Assembly: GCA_036649855.1 (NCBI GenBank)
Contig: JAVWAV010000001.1
Span: 22,823 to 86,822, forward strand
Direction of reading: 5' to 3'
Length of the DNA stretch: 64,000 nt
Source of the DNA: Bacilli bacterium
GTDB lineage: Bacteria > Bacillota_I > Bacilli_A > RFN20 > CAG-826
The first letter of the stretch is position 1; each line of letters begins with the position of its first letter. The notes under the pieces were generated by a model. The model made no database searches. It had not been told where the DNA came from and saw only the letters and a program-made list of their open reading frames with translations. Both the position numbers and the translations under genes were made by a program. Positions 37,180 through 48,016 of the stretch are shown here, in pieces.

Positions 37180-37898
37180 TGCAAAGATATTTTGCTGAAG
37201 GCATTAATGAAAATTATTTTTTTCTTTCCAAAGATGATGAACATCACTTAATCAATGTTTTAAGAACAGAAAAAGGTCAAGAAATTGAAATAGTTTTTGA
37301 TTCAATTTTGTACACAGTCAAAATTGAATCGCTTAATCCACTAAAAATTGTAAAAGTTTCACAACTTTCAAATGAGAAGAAAAATAGAAAAATCACTATT
37401 GGATTTGCTATCCCAAAAGGCGATAAAATCGAACTTATTCTACAAAAATGTACAGAATTAGGAATTGATGAATTTGTCTTATTTTCAAGCGAAAGAACAA
37501 TTGGAAAAATTAGTGCTGATAAACTCGATGATAAACTTAATAGATATAATAAAATAGTTAAAGAAGCTGCACAACAATCAAAAAGAATTAGTGTTCCAAC
37601 AGTTAAATATGTAGGAAAACTAGCTAATCTTATTAGTTTAGATATAGAAAACAAACTAGTTGCTTATGAAAACGCTTATGAAAGAAAAATTAATCTCATC
37701 AAATCCGTATATGCCTATCCTTCCACTTTATTTATTACTGGTCCAGAAGGTGGGTTTTCGGAAGAAGAGATTCTATTTCTTGAAAAAAATGGATTTGAAA
37801 CCATTAGTTTAGGAAAAAATATCTTAAGATGCGAAACGGCGCCGATTTATATAGCCTCAGTCGTCTCATTTTTGTTAGAAGGAGTAAGTAACATATGA
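37179..37898 (+). CDS. rsmE: 16S rRNA (uracil1498-N3)-methyltransferase
   Basis: 239 aa. MQRYF start, a PUA-like N-terminus, a SPOUT C-terminus (LFITGPEGGFSEEE, LGKNILRCETA), and a conserved position relative to dnaJ and mtaB. Confidence 0.88.
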   Translation: MQRYFAEGINENYFFLSKDDEHHLINVLRTEKGQEIEIVFDSILYTVKIESLNPLKIVKVSQLSNEKKNRKITIGFAIPKGDKIELILQKCTELGIDEFVLFSSERTIGKISADKLDDKLNRYNKIVKEAAQQSKRISVPTVKYVGKLANLISLDIENKLVAYENAYERKINLIKSVYAYPSTLFITGPEGGFSEEEILFLEKNGFETISLGKNILRCETAPIYIASVVSFLLEGVSNI

Positions 37899-38662
37899 AA
37901 ATATTTGCATTATTAAATAAGTTTCAAGATAAACAATTTGGATTTAGAAAGACTCAAGAATATGCTTATTATAAGAAAAATAAGAAATATTTAAAAACTA
38001 TGCCAAAATTAAAAAGAACTATTAATGTTAATAGCTCATTTAGTTTAATTTGCACAAATATTTATATCACCACAATTATTAACAAGATTAAAATTGATGA
38101 AATATGTAAAGATGCTATTTCTTCAATCTATTTAAAGGATAAATTTACTGAAGAAGAGTTTTTAAAATATTATCACGCTAGAATCATTGATTTAAAGTCG
38201 TTTGTATCAAATGATACGCATGTTTTTGTTCCATTCTTTTCACATATAATTAACAATATTTACTATAATGAACCCTATAAGCTATTAAATGAACCATATA
38301 ATATATTATTTGATCAATATACCGAGAACTTAATTGATCCATTTGAATGTTATTCTCATAATTTATTTGATTCTCTTTTCACTAAATTAATTAAAATAAA
38401 ACAATATGGACAATCAGTAGTTTTTTATCATTTTGATTTAGCAACGATCTTTGTAATAAATGATCAAGGAAGACTTGATGCTATTTTTCCAATTTTTGAT
38501 AAATGGCTAACTAAAATTAAAACATCCCACGTTGCTGAAAAAATAGAGAAAGTAACTGATTTATATTTTGCAAATGATAAAAAAGGATTCATTGATGAAC
38601 TGTTTAACCAAGAATTTATATCTCAAAAAATGCATGATTTATTGATTGAAAAGTGTTTATAA
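37895..38662 (+). CDS. Hypothetical protein (255 aa, no recognisable motifs)
   Basis: Long ORF in the coding direction, ATGA-coupled to rsmE and ending 2 nt before the mtaB ATG. No TM helices or known motifs were recognised. Confidence 0.5.
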   Translation: MKIFALLNKFQDKQFGFRKTQEYAYYKKNKKYLKTMPKLKRTINVNSSFSLICTNIYITTIINKIKIDEICKDAISSIYLKDKFTEEEFLKYYHARIIDLKSFVSNDTHVFVPFFSHIINNIYYNEPYKLLNEPYNILFDQYTENLIDPFECYSHNLFDSLFTKLIKIKQYGQSVVFYHFDLATIFVINDQGRLDAIFPIFDKWLTKIKTSHVAEKIEKVTDLYFANDKKGFIDELFNQEFISQKMHDLLIEKCL

Positions 38663-38663
38663 T

Positions 38664-39941
38664 ATGAAATTTAAATTATTTTTCTTAGGCTGCAAAGTAA
38701 ACGCCTATGAAATTGACTCCATTCGTGTTTTACTAACAAAAAAAGGTTTAATTGAAGCAAAAAAAGATGAAAATACTGACGTAATTGTCATAAATACTTG
38801 TAGTGTAACAAGCGTTGCTGATAAAAAATCACGTCAAATGATTCACAAATATAGAATTGAACAACCTAAAGCAATATTATGTGTTATTGGTTGTTTTACT
38901 CAAGGAATTTCTTCCAATATTGATTTTCCTTTTGAAGCAGATATTATTTTAGGAAATAAAAATAAATCCGCTCTTTACGATAAAATCGAAGAGTTTTTAA
39001 AAAATAAAGAAAGAATAGTTGATATTGATCATGACAATAGAAGTTTTACATATGACAATATGCCAAGCATTCAATTCAGCGAAAAAACACGTGCATATGT
39101 AAAAATTCAAGATGGCTGTGATAACTTTTGTTCTTATTGTTTAATACCTTTTGTTCGTGGAAAATCTCGTTCAAGAGAACCTCAATATATAATTGAGGAA
39201 ATAAAAGATCTAATTAAAAACGGCTATAAAGAAATAGTTTTTACGGGAATTGATGTTGCATCGTATGGAAAAGATTTAAAAGAACAAATTTCCTTCTCTG
39301 ATTTACTCGAAAAAATCCTTGAAATAGACGAAAACAATACAATTATCAGAATATCATCAATTGAAGAATCAATGATTGATGATAAATTTATAAATCTTAT
39401 CGAAAAAGACCAAAGAATTGCTCGTCATATGCATCTTTCACTTCAAAGTGGAAGTAATTATATTCTAAAAAAGATGAATAGAAAATATACGACAGAAGAA
39501 TATTTAGAAAAATTACGTCGTTTACAAACAGCTGTTCCTGATATTAACATCACTACAGATGTTATTGTAGGATTCCCAGGTGAGACTGAAGAAAATTTCG
39601 TGGAAACACTTAATTTTGTTAAAACCTGTGGATTTTCTCATATTCACGTGTTTCCATATTCGGTTAGGAAAGGAACAGCTGCTGCTGTTTTTCCAAACCA
39701 AATAGATACAAATATTAAAAAAGACCGTGTAAAAAGATTAATTACATTAGGTGATGAATTAAAAGAAACATATATAAACAAATTTATTGGTCAGGAAATG
39801 GAAGTCTTGATTGAGTGTCGCATCAGCGATAATATTTATACAGGGCATACCTCCAATTTTCTTGAAGTGATGGTAAATAGTCCTACAAATATCATTGGTG
39901 AAGTCGTAAAAACTACAATAAATTTTGACAATGTCAAATAA
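38664..39941 (+). CDS. mtaB: tRNA methylthiotransferase, MtaB-like (radical SAM MTTase)
   Basis: UPF0004 N-terminal domain (FLGCKVNAYE...INTCSV), radical-SAM motif CDNFCSYC, and a TRAM C-terminus. The position after rsmE matches B. subtilis yqeV. The start is set at MKFKLFF (38664). Confidence 0.85.
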   Translation: MKFKLFFLGCKVNAYEIDSIRVLLTKKGLIEAKKDENTDVIVINTCSVTSVADKKSRQMIHKYRIEQPKAILCVIGCFTQGISSNIDFPFEADIILGNKNKSALYDKIEEFLKNKERIVDIDHDNRSFTYDNMPSIQFSEKTRAYVKIQDGCDNFCSYCLIPFVRGKSRSREPQYIIEEIKDLIKNGYKEIVFTGIDVASYGKDLKEQISFSDLLEKILEIDENNTIIRISSIEESMIDDKFINLIEKDQRIARHMHLSLQSGSNYILKKMNRKYTTEEYLEKLRRLQTAVPDINITTDVIVGFPGETEENFVETLNFVKTCGFSHIHVFPYSVRKGTAAAVFPNQIDTNIKKDRVKRLITLGDELKETYINKFIGQEMEVLIECRISDNIYTGHTSNFLEVMVNSPTNIIGEVVKTTINFDNVK

Positions 39942-40054
39942 TTATTATTGCGTTATAAACGAAGTTATAACATTATTTGAATAATGTGTCAAAAATTTAT
40001 TGTAAAAATATTTTATAATGTATATAATATGTAAGTTAAATAAAGGAGAATTAT

Positions 40055-40246
40055 ATGGCAGTCCCATTCAGAAGAACATCGAAGACAAAGAAAAGAATGC
40101 GTAGAACGCATTTTAAGTTAACACCACAAAGTTTAGTAAAATGCCCACATTGTGGACAAATGATTAAACAACACCAAGTATGTCCACATTGTGGATTTTA
40201 TGATGGAGTTCAAGTTATTAAAGTAAAAACAAAGAAAGCTGAATAA
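40055..40246 (+). CDS. rpmF: 50S ribosomal protein L32
   Basis: [20 protein letters not shown]-terminus and a CPHCG...CPHCG zinc ribbon. SD AAAGGAG. Confidence 0.93.
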   Translation: MAVPFRRTSKTKKRMRRTHFKLTPQSLVKCPHCGQMIKQHQVCPHCGFYDGVQVIKVKTKKAE

Positions 40247-40266
40247 GCTTTTAAATTGGAGGATTT

Positions 40267-40902
40267 ATGAATTACAATAAATTAATCGATCATACAGTTT
40301 TAAAACCAGAAGCATCTGAAAGTGATGTTGTTGCACTTTGCGAAGAAGCAAAGAAATTTGACTTTATGTCAGTTTGTATTAATCCATGCTATGTTAAAAT
40401 TGCAAAATCATGTTTAAAAGACAGTGATGTTGCAGTTTGCACTGTTATTGGATTTCCATTAGGTTCAAATACTACTGAAACAAAAGTTTTCGAAACAAAG
40501 TTAGCAGTAAAAGAAGGAGCTTCAGAAATTGATATGGTTATCAATGTCGCAGCTCTTAAAGATCATAAGGATGAATATGTTTTCAATGAAATATCTGCTA
40601 TTCGTAAAGCTTGCAAAAAGCAACTTTTAAAAGTAATTTTAGAAACATGCTTATTAAATGACGAAGAAATCGTTAGAGCATGTGAACTTTCAGTCAAAGC
40701 TGGAGCAGATTTTGTTAAAACTTCAACAGGATTTAGTAAAGAAGGAGCAACTGCACATGCAGTATCCTTAATGAGAAAGACTGTTGGACCAAACATTGGA
40801 GTAAAAGCAAGTGGTGGAATTAGAACTCACGAAGCTTTACTTGAAATGGTTGAAGCAGGCGCAAATAGAATCGGAACATCATCCGGTCCAAAAATTATCT
40901 AA
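40267..40902 (+). CDS. deoC: Deoxyribose-phosphate aldolase
   Basis: 211 aa. [11 protein letters not shown], the FVKTSTGF Schiff-base lysine motif, and VKASGGIR. Confidence 0.92.
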   Translation: MNYNKLIDHTVLKPEASESDVVALCEEAKKFDFMSVCINPCYVKIAKSCLKDSDVAVCTVIGFPLGSNTTETKVFETKLAVKEGASEIDMVINVAALKDHKDEYVFNEISAIRKACKKQLLKVILETCLLNDEEIVRACELSVKAGADFVKTSTGFSKEGATAHAVSLMRKTVGPNIGVKASGGIRTHEALLEMVEAGANRIGTSSGPKII

Positions 40903-40971
40903 ATATTGTTATTTTCATACACAATATAGTGTATAATGAATAAGGCGTTTAATGGAAGGAGTTGAGTTAAT

Positions 40972-41145
40972 ATGCCAAAAGTCGTTGTAAGAGATAACGA
41001 AACACTTGATGAAGCACTTCGTAGATTCAAGAGAACAGTAAACAAATCATGCGTTCTAGAAGAAGCTAGAAAACGCGATTTCTACTTGAAAAAATCTTTG
41101 AAAAGAAAGATGAAAAGCGAGCTTGCTCGTAGAAAAAACAAATAG
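40972..41145 (+). CDS. rpsU: 30S ribosomal protein S21 (below the ORF-track size cutoff)
   Basis: Hand translation gives [57 protein letters not shown] (57 aa), a typical S21. SD GGAAGGAG lies upstream. Confidence 0.9.
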   Translation: MPKVVVRDNETLDEALRRFKRTVNKSCVLEEARKRDFYLKKSLKRKMKSELARRKNK

Positions 41146-41164
41146 TTTGATAAAAATTAAAATA

Positions 41165-41196
41165 CCTCCCTACTTATATAGTAAGGAGGTTTTTTT
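41165..41196 (+). terminator. Intrinsic terminator after rpsU whose 3' arm is the SD of the next gene (copy B of the 51-nt repeat, 41149-41199)
   Basis: CCTCCCTACT-TATA-TAGTAAGGAGG hairpin with one mismatch, then T7 (41190-41196), then ATG 41197. Confidence 0.7.
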
Positions 41197-42381
41197 ATGC
41201 GATATTATATTAATCAAATTATGGAAAAAGACTGTGGATTTGCTTCTTTAAAAATGCTTTTTTCTTTAACGAGTAAAAATACAAATTATTTATATATTCC
41301 ACAAGAAACACGAGACAAAGCTTATTCATTTTATGATTTGCTTAAAATTGGCAACAAATATGATTTCAAATTAACTTGTTACCACATTGGAGAAAAAAAT
41401 GATCTTAAAAAACTGTTAAAAACGCCATTTATTGCTAGTATTAGTGATAATAACACACATCACGCAGTCGTAATTCAAAAGATTGTGATGAATAAGCTTA
41501 CAGTTTATGATCCTAAACTAGGAATTTATAAAATGAAAATAGAACAATTTCTAAATATTTGGGATGGAAATTGTATTGTCGTTTTAAAACGCCCAACAAA
41601 AAAATATGCAAGTTTCGAGAAGAAAATATATCGAAAATGTTATAGAATAACTAACATTATTTTGCAAATAATGTCTTCCATATTTTTAATTGTTGGGTTT
41701 TTCTTTATTGACGAAAAATTTCATTTTGCAACCCCAATTGCATTTTTTGCAGCGGCGATAATATCTGAAATTTTGCAAAAATTTATGATAAATAAGTTTT
41801 TTGCAAATTTTGATGACATTTTAATTAGCGAACTTAAAAGTCGCGAACAAAATGATATTTCTTCTAATTTACAAGAAATAGTGCAATATAAAATGTCATC
41901 ATCATTCAAATATTCGTCATTAATAATTAATTTTATTAGTTCCATTTCAATATCTGTTTTGCTTATTATCAATAATGCAACGAATCTATATTTTGTTTTA
42001 GGAATATTTCTGCTTAAGCTGTTTGACCTGTTAATATATAAACCCGTAATTGAAAATGTAAAAAAAGAAATAAGAAATAAGGAATTAAAGATTCAAAATA
42101 ACAATGATGCTTTTGCAAATTATAAAGAATTAGGAACACTTTCAACTAAACTTATATCAATACTTAACATCAAGAAATATTTAGCATATTTTGTTATTTT
42201 AGTCTTATCATTCGTTTCTATGGCTATTTTTAATAAATTAAGTATAAACTATTTATTATTTCAATGCTTAATGTTGTGGTTTATTTATGATGCTTTATCA
42301 AACGTTGAAGGTTACAGAAACAGCTTATATGAACATCGAAAATTAACTGCAAAAATAGTATCATTGATATATAAAAATTAG
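41197..42381 (+). CDS. C39 cysteine-peptidase domain fused to an ABC-exporter-like membrane domain, no ATPase domain
   Basis: N-terminal QIMEKDCGFASLKMLF (C39 catalytic Cys), HHAVVIQ (His) and VYDPKLG (Asp). About six hydrophobic helices follow. The ORF ends at 394 aa without Walker motifs. Confidence 0.65.
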   Translation: MRYYINQIMEKDCGFASLKMLFSLTSKNTNYLYIPQETRDKAYSFYDLLKIGNKYDFKLTCYHIGEKNDLKKLLKTPFIASISDNNTHHAVVIQKIVMNKLTVYDPKLGIYKMKIEQFLNIWDGNCIVVLKRPTKKYASFEKKIYRKCYRITNIILQIMSSIFLIVGFFFIDEKFHFATPIAFFAAAIISEILQKFMINKFFANFDDILISELKSREQNDISSNLQEIVQYKMSSSFKYSSLIINFISSISISVLLIINNATNLYFVLGIFLLKLFDLLIYKPVIENVKKEIRNKELKIQNNNDAFANYKELGTLSTKLISILNIKKYLAYFVILVLSFVSMAIFNKLSINYLLFQCLMLWFIYDALSNVEGYRNSLYEHRKLTAKIVSLIYKN

Positions 42382-42404
42382 ATTTTTAAATGTATAATAT
42401 TAAT

Positions 42405-42860
42405 ATGAATATCGATTTTGTAAATTGTTGCGATGAAAGTTTTAATAAATTTGAGAAGTTATTTTCTTACTTTTATAAAAAAACGCTTAAGCAATTAAAA
42501 ATAACAAGAAAAACATTTTTAGAAGTTGATATTATTGATAATAATCAAATTCAAAAGATAAATGCGGAATATCGAAATATTGATCGCATTACCGATGTCA
42601 TATCATTTGCATTTGATGATAAAATTCAGGGAGAGCCTCAAATAATTAATAGCAAAATTGATTTTCTTGGGTGCATTTATATATCTTCTGAAAGAGCAAA
42701 AGAACAGGCGGATGAATTAAACAATACATTTGAAAAAGAGATGTGTTTCTTATTTGTTCATGGTTTATTGCATTTGTTAGGATACAATCATATAGATAGC
42801 GAAGAAGCCGAGATTATGTACGAAATACAAAGAATTATATTTAAAGGAGAAGAATTATGA
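42405..42860 (+). CDS. ybeY: rRNA maturation endoribonuclease YbeY
   Basis: HGLLHLLGYNH zinc motif. The start is set at ATG 42405, 6 nt after TATAAT 42393-42398; the longest ORF starts at 42390. Confidence 0.9.
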   Translation: MNIDFVNCCDESFNKFEKLFSYFYKKTLKQLKITRKTFLEVDIIDNNQIQKINAEYRNIDRITDVISFAFDDKIQGEPQIINSKIDFLGCIYISSERAKEQADELNNTFEKEMCFLFVHGLLHLLGYNHIDSEEAEIMYEIQRIIFKGEEL

Positions 42861-43261
42861 TTAATACAAAAATACTATTCGAAAATTGTCAAAAAGCTAG
42901 ACAATTTTCGCGTTCACCATATTCACATTTTGCTGTTGGAGCCGTTGTTGTACTCAAAAGTGGCGAATTAATAAATGGATGCAATATTGAAAATGCTGCT
43001 TATGGATTATGCATGTGTGCTGAAAGAACAGCTTTATTTAATGCCTACTCAAAAGGGATTAAAAAGGATGATATTGAGGCAATTGGAATAATTGGAGATA
43101 CAGAACTGCCAATTAGTCCATGTGGAAGCTGTAGACAAGTAATGGTCGAACTTTTAAATAAAGAAACTCCAGTTTATATGTTTAATTTAAAAGGTGATCT
43201 AAAAATAATGACCGTTGAAGAACTTATGCCTTTTTCTTTTAGTGAAGGTGATTTATCATGA
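42857..43261 (+). CDS. cdd: Cytidine deaminase
   Basis: 134 aa with the CAERTA and PCGSCRQ zinc motifs. Confidence 0.92.
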   Translation: MINTKILFENCQKARQFSRSPYSHFAVGAVVVLKSGELINGCNIENAAYGLCMCAERTALFNAYSKGIKKDDIEAIGIIGDTELPISPCGSCRQVMVELLNKETPVYMFNLKGDLKIMTVEELMPFSFSEGDLS

Positions 43262-44139
43262 AATGTGGTTATGTAGCTTTAATTGGCAAACCTAACGTCG
43301 GTAAATCTACTATTATGAATGATATTTTTAATAAAAAAATATCAATTGTAACAAGCAAATCTCAGACCACTAGAAACAGTATTGTTCAAGTGTATGATGA
43401 TGAAGATAGTCAAATTATTTTTATAGACACTCCTGGGATTCATAAACCACAACAAGCATTAGGTAATATTATGAACAAAAGTTCATATAATGCTATAAGA
43501 AGCGCTGATGTAGCTGTTTTTATTGTCGATGCAGGACACGATTTCAATGCTAGTGATGATTATTTATTTGAACATTTAAAGTTTGATATACCTCTTATTG
43601 GCGTATTTAATAAAATTGATACAACAAATGTAGTGTTGGTAGAAAGAATGAAGTCGAAATTTTTGCAAGTCTATCCTGAAGCAGAAATAATTGAAGTTTC
43701 AGCCTTGGAAAAATTTAATATCAACGAACTATTGTTGTTAATTAAAAATCATTTAAATGAATCTGAAAGATATTTTTCACCAGATGACGAAAAAGAACTC
43801 ATAAATGATAAATTTTTGATTTCTGAAATCATTAGAGAAAGAATGCTCGTTTTATTAGATGAAGAAGTTCCACACGCTGTTTATGTGAAAATTGATGAAA
43901 TTACGATGCATGGAAAAATGCTTGATATAAAAGGATCTATTATTATCGAAAAAGAATCTCAAAAAGGAATTGTTATCGGTAAAAAAGGTAATATGATTAA
44001 GAAAATTGGAATCGCTTCAAGAGCAGAAATGGAAAAGATTTTTCGCACTCACGTAAATCTTGACCTTCTTGTTAAAGTTGATCCTGATTGGCGCAATAAC
44101 GAGAAGAATTTACAGAGTTATGGTTTTAAAGGTGAATAA
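43258..44139 (+). CDS. era: GTPase Era
   Basis: GKPNVGKST, DTPG, NKID and a C-terminal KH domain (IIIEKESQKGIVIGKKG). Confidence 0.95.
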   Translation: MKCGYVALIGKPNVGKSTIMNDIFNKKISIVTSKSQTTRNSIVQVYDDEDSQIIFIDTPGIHKPQQALGNIMNKSSYNAIRSADVAVFIVDAGHDFNASDDYLFEHLKFDIPLIGVFNKIDTTNVVLVERMKSKFLQVYPEAEIIEVSALEKFNINELLLLIKNHLNESERYFSPDDEKELINDKFLISEIIRERMLVLLDEEVPHAVYVKIDEITMHGKMLDIKGSIIIEKESQKGIVIGKKGNMIKKIGIASRAEMEKIFRTHVNLDLLVKVDPDWRNNEKNLQSYGFKGE

Positions 44140-44727
44140 ATGAAAGTTGTTGGGATAGTTATAGATTCGGCCGAATACAATGATAATGATAAAATAATTA
44201 ATCTTTTAACAAAAGATAAAGTAATTCCTTTGCTAGCAAAAGGAATTCGAAAACAAAATGCTAAAAATAGGGATGCTTGTTTTGAGTTTTCTGTTTTAGA
44301 TGTTGAATATATAGTTGCAAATAACCGTAATATATTGACAAATAGCCAGTTTAATCGAGTTTATTGGAAACTTTTTGAAACATATGATGGTTTAATCTTT
44401 TTAAATTTTTATAAAGAAGCTTGTCGCAAAGTGCTTTTAGAAGAAGAACTTCCGGCATTATATAAGACTATTGAAAAAGTTATGACGCTATTTGATGGTG
44501 GATTAACTAAAGAAAATATTTTAAAAGGAATGTTCATGCTTTTTACAAACGCTCTTTTTATAAGCGGATACGATTACAAGGAATATTGTGCTAGTAATGG
44601 TACAAGTATTGATTATAAAGAGTTTATTAAAAGTGATGTTCCAACGTTAATTATTGAATTAAAAAAGATGAATTACTTTTTTAATTTTTTTACAAATACA
44701 AAACTGAATTCCATTGATATGTTATAG
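44140..44727 (+). CDS. recO: DNA repair protein RecO (short form, 195 aa)
   Basis: Conserved position after era and an N-terminal OB-fold-like segment (GIVIDSAEYNDNDKIINLLTKDK...). No Cys4 zinc finger is visible. Confidence 0.75.
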   Translation: MKVVGIVIDSAEYNDNDKIINLLTKDKVIPLLAKGIRKQNAKNRDACFEFSVLDVEYIVANNRNILTNSQFNRVYWKLFETYDGLIFLNFYKEACRKVLLEEELPALYKTIEKVMTLFDGGLTKENILKGMFMLFTNALFISGYDYKEYCASNGTSIDYKEFIKSDVPTLIIELKKMNYFFNFFTNTKLNSIDML

Positions 44728-44746
44728 TAATTACACTCATAATGAG

Positions 44747-44775
44747 TTGACAAAATATAAGTAAAAATATATAAT
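44747..44775 (+). promoter_or_regulatory. Consensus sigma-A promoter of glyQS
   Basis: TTGACA (44747-44752), 17-nt spacer, TATAAT (44770-44775). The ~45-nt leader is too short for a T-box. Confidence 0.65.
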
Positions 44776-44820
44776 CTTTCAGTATGCTTTTTAAAAAAAG
44801 CAAGAAGTTTGGAGGAAATT

Positions 44821-46188
44821 ATGTATAGTTTCGAAAAAATAGTTAATCATCTTATTACGTCTGGTTTTGTGTTTCCTGGTTCCGAAGTTTATGGCGGACT
44901 AGCAAATGCATGGGATTATGGACCACTCGGAGCAGAATTAAAACGCAATGTGCGCGATGCTTGGTGGAAAAAATTTGTTACAACAAATAAATATAATGTT
45001 GGTATTGATAGTGCCATTATTATGAATACAAAAGTGTGGGAAGCAACTGGTCATATTACAAGTTTTAGCGATCCATTAATTGATTGCAAAGATTGCAAAT
45101 CACGTTTCAGAGCTGACACATTAATTGAAGAAGAATATCCAGATGTTGATGTTAATAGCATGAATAATGCTGATATGGTCGCATTTATCAAAGAAAAAGG
45201 ACTTAAATGTCCACATTGTGGAGGTAATAATTTTACCGACATAAGAAAGTTTGACTTGATGTTTAAAACAAATATGGGAGTAACTGATGATTCAAAATCA
45301 GTTGTTTATCTAAGACCTGAAACTGCACAAGGAGTTTTTGTTAACTTTAAAAATGTCCAAAGATCAACAAGAAGAAAACTACCATTTGGTATATGCAATA
45401 CTGGTAAATCATTTAGAAACGAAATCACTCCAGGTAATTTTATTTTTAGAACGAGAGAATTTGATCAAATGGAATGCGAATTCTTTTGCAAGCCAGGAAC
45501 TGATTTAGAATGGTTTGCCTATTGGAAAGAATATTGTTTAAAATTTGTTACTTCCCTTGGAATTAACAATGAAAATATTAGATTTAGAGATCACGAATTA
45601 AAAGAATTAGCATTTTATTCAAAAGCAACCACTGATATTGAATACAAATTCCCATTTGGTTGGGGTGAATTATTAGGAGTTGCTGATAGAACTGATTACG
45701 ATTTGAAACGTCACATGGAGTTCTCAAAACAATCACTTGAATATTTTGATCCAGATACTAACGAAAAAATCATTCCATACGTTGTTGAGCCTTCGATGGG
45801 ATTAGACAGATTAATGTTATGTGTTTTATGTGATGCATATGATGAAGAAACTTTAGAAAGTGGCGATATTAGAACTGTATTACATTTAATTCCAGCTCTT
45901 GCCCCATATAAGGCAGCTATTTTACCTTTAAGTAAACAATTAGGTGAAAAAGCTAATGAGATTTTTGATACATTAGCAAAAAAACATTCTGTTGCATATG
46001 ATGATGCAGGAAGTATAGGAAAAAGATATAGAAGACAAGATTCAATTGGCACACCACTTTGTATAACTGTAGATTTTGATACAGCAACAGATGGATGTGT
46101 AACAATTAGAGACCGCGATACAATGAAACAAAAAAGAGTGAAAATTGAAGAACTTAGCTCTGAAATTGATACTATTTGTGAATTTTAG
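44821..46188 (+). CDS. glyQS: Glycine--tRNA ligase (homodimeric class II type)
   Basis: The N-terminus [37 protein letters not shown] is classical GlyQS. GGAGG lies 5 nt before ATG 44821; the ORF-track TTG 44809 lies inside the SD. Confidence 0.95.
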   Translation: MYSFEKIVNHLITSGFVFPGSEVYGGLANAWDYGPLGAELKRNVRDAWWKKFVTTNKYNVGIDSAIIMNTKVWEATGHITSFSDPLIDCKDCKSRFRADTLIEEEYPDVDVNSMNNADMVAFIKEKGLKCPHCGGNNFTDIRKFDLMFKTNMGVTDDSKSVVYLRPETAQGVFVNFKNVQRSTRRKLPFGICNTGKSFRNEITPGNFIFRTREFDQMECEFFCKPGTDLEWFAYWKEYCLKFVTSLGINNENIRFRDHELKELAFYSKATTDIEYKFPFGWGELLGVADRTDYDLKRHMEFSKQSLEYFDPDTNEKIIPYVVEPSMGLDRLMLCVLCDAYDEETLESGDIRTVLHLIPALAPYKAAILPLSKQLGEKANEIFDTLAKKHSVAYDDAGSIGKRYRRQDSIGTPLCITVDFDTATDGCVTIRDRDTMKQKRVKIEELSSEIDTICEF

Positions 46189-46199
46189 GAGGAACTAAC

Positions 46200-48014
46200 T
46201 TGATCAGCAATGAAATAGTAAATAACATTTTGCATTCTTTAGATATAGTCGATGTTATATCAAGATATATTAATGTTATAAAAAAAGGAAAAAATTATGT
46301 GGCAGTATGTCCTTTTCATAATGACACGAATCCTTCTTTATCTATTTCTAAAGAAAAACAAATATTTAAATGTTTTGTCTGTGGAAAGGGTGGAAACGCC
46401 ATTAACTTTATTGCTGATTATGAAAAAGTATCCTATCATGATGCTATTTATATTGCAGCAAATTTAGCTGGCATTAAATTGGATGAGCCAAAAAATGTTG
46501 TTGAAGATAAATTCAAAGATTTAAAAAAAATATTTCAAGATTTAACAGAATTTTATACATTAAGCCTTAATTTAAATGATGGTTCTGAAGGAAAGAAATA
46601 TTGTGAATCAAGAAAATTAAATCGTGATATTTGTGAAAAGTTTTCGATCGGTTTTGCTCCTGAAAATGGAACTAATACAATTAAATTTCTTAGATCAGCT
46701 GGTAATTCTATTGCTAAAATTAGAGAATTAGGTATTACTAATACAATTAATGATGATGCCAATGATTTAAATAGAGGAAGACTTGTCTTTGCAATTAAAA
46801 ATAAGAATAATGAACCCGTTGCCTTAAGTTCAAGAAGAATTGATAACAGCGATTCTCCAAAATATATAAATTCACCTGAATCTAATATATTTCATAAATC
46901 AAACATCCTATATAACTATTATAATGCAAAACAATCAGCTAAAATTGATGGATATATTTACGTTGTTGAAGGATTTATGGATGTAATTGCGTTATATAAA
47001 GCAGGAATTACATCGGTTGTAGGTTTAATGGGAACAGCATGCAGCAAAGAACATATTTCTTTGCTTAAATATTTAGATGTTGAAATAAGAATGTGCCTAG
47101 ATTTTGATTGTCCAGGTCAACAAGCTATTTCAGATATCATTTCCAAATTAGAAATTGAGAAAATTAACTATCGAATTGTCAAAAAAGTCGAATTTGCTAA
47201 AGATTCTGATGAAATACTTACTAAATTCGGAAAAGAAAAGTTACTAGAAGTAGCAAACACTCTTATTTCTAAACAAGAATTTAGCATTGACTTCAATATA
47301 AGTAAACACGATTTAACAACTGATGATGGTAAAAAAGAATTAATACGTTCGTTCTTGCCAATGATTGAAAATGCTTCTAGTTCGTTAGATATCGAAGCTT
47401 ATGCGACAAAACTATCAACTGTAACTAATTATTCGAAAGAAAGCATATTATCGGAGTTTAAAAACCACATTTATGTAAAAAAGAATGTGGATCCGATATA
47501 TAATCAAAAAATTCCGGATTCTGCATTAATTCCAGGGGAACGCCAAAATTATCAATTATATGATGGTACTATTAAAAAACTTGAAAATGAATTATTCTAT
47601 CAAATATTGAAAAGCGAAAAAGCGTTACAATTTTATCAAACAAATGTAGAATTTTTCTATAATGAAATTTATTCAAAAGTAGCAATTTTCTTAATTAATT
47701 ATTTTAATGAAAATGGTAATGTTAATACATCGCAATTAATTAATTACATTTACTTAAATTCAAATGAAGAAGAGGCTAACAAATGCCAATCCACAATTAC
47801 TAACGTTCTAACAGATGGCACTAGACATGAAAAACTTACTGATACTTTATTAGTTAATATCAAAAATAGACTTGAATTCGAAAGAGAATACTATTTTAAA
47901 GAGATAGAACTTGATAAAAAGATGCACGAAGAAATTGATAACGTTAAAAAATTTGAAATTCTTTATGAGAAACAAATGCTAAAAAGATCTAAAAACCAAA
48001 AGGGAGGTCACTAA
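46200..48014 (+). CDS. dnaG: DNA primase
   Basis: Zinc ribbon [14 protein letters not shown]...[11 protein letters not shown] and a TOPRIM domain (VVEGFMDVI). TTG start 7 nt after AGGAGG (46187-46192). Confidence 0.93.
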   Translation: MISNEIVNNILHSLDIVDVISRYINVIKKGKNYVAVCPFHNDTNPSLSISKEKQIFKCFVCGKGGNAINFIADYEKVSYHDAIYIAANLAGIKLDEPKNVVEDKFKDLKKIFQDLTEFYTLSLNLNDGSEGKKYCESRKLNRDICEKFSIGFAPENGTNTIKFLRSAGNSIAKIRELGITNTINDDANDLNRGRLVFAIKNKNNEPVALSSRRIDNSDSPKYINSPESNIFHKSNILYNYYNAKQSAKIDGYIYVVEGFMDVIALYKAGITSVVGLMGTACSKEHISLLKYLDVEIRMCLDFDCPGQQAISDIISKLEIEKINYRIVKKVEFAKDSDEILTKFGKEKLLEVANTLISKQEFSIDFNISKHDLTTDDGKKELIRSFLPMIENASSSLDIEAYATKLSTVTNYSKESILSEFKNHIYVKKNVDPIYNQKIPDSALIPGERQNYQLYDGTIKKLENELFYQILKSEKALQFYQTNVEFFYNEIYSKVAIFLINYFNENGNVNTSQLINYIYLNSNEEEANKCQSTITNVLTDGTRHEKLTDTLLVNIKNRLEFEREYYFKEIELDKKMHEEIDNVKKFEILYEKQMLKRSKNQKGGH

Positions 48015-48016
48015 TT

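Noticed and set aside
39952-39978. GTTATAA-N6-TTATAAC hairpin after mtaB as a terminator (and a similar weak TGTTAT/ATAACA hairpin after the DUF1292 gene near 18580-18610)
   Set aside because: These are only 6-7 AT base pairs with a poor T-run. They may contribute to termination but are too weak to annotate with confidence.
40903-42381. Interpreting the C39-domain gene as part of a bacteriocin production locus
   Set aside because: No double-glycine-leader peptide ORF, immunity gene, ATPase domain or accessory gene is present on either side. The only small ORF nearby is ribosomal protein S21.
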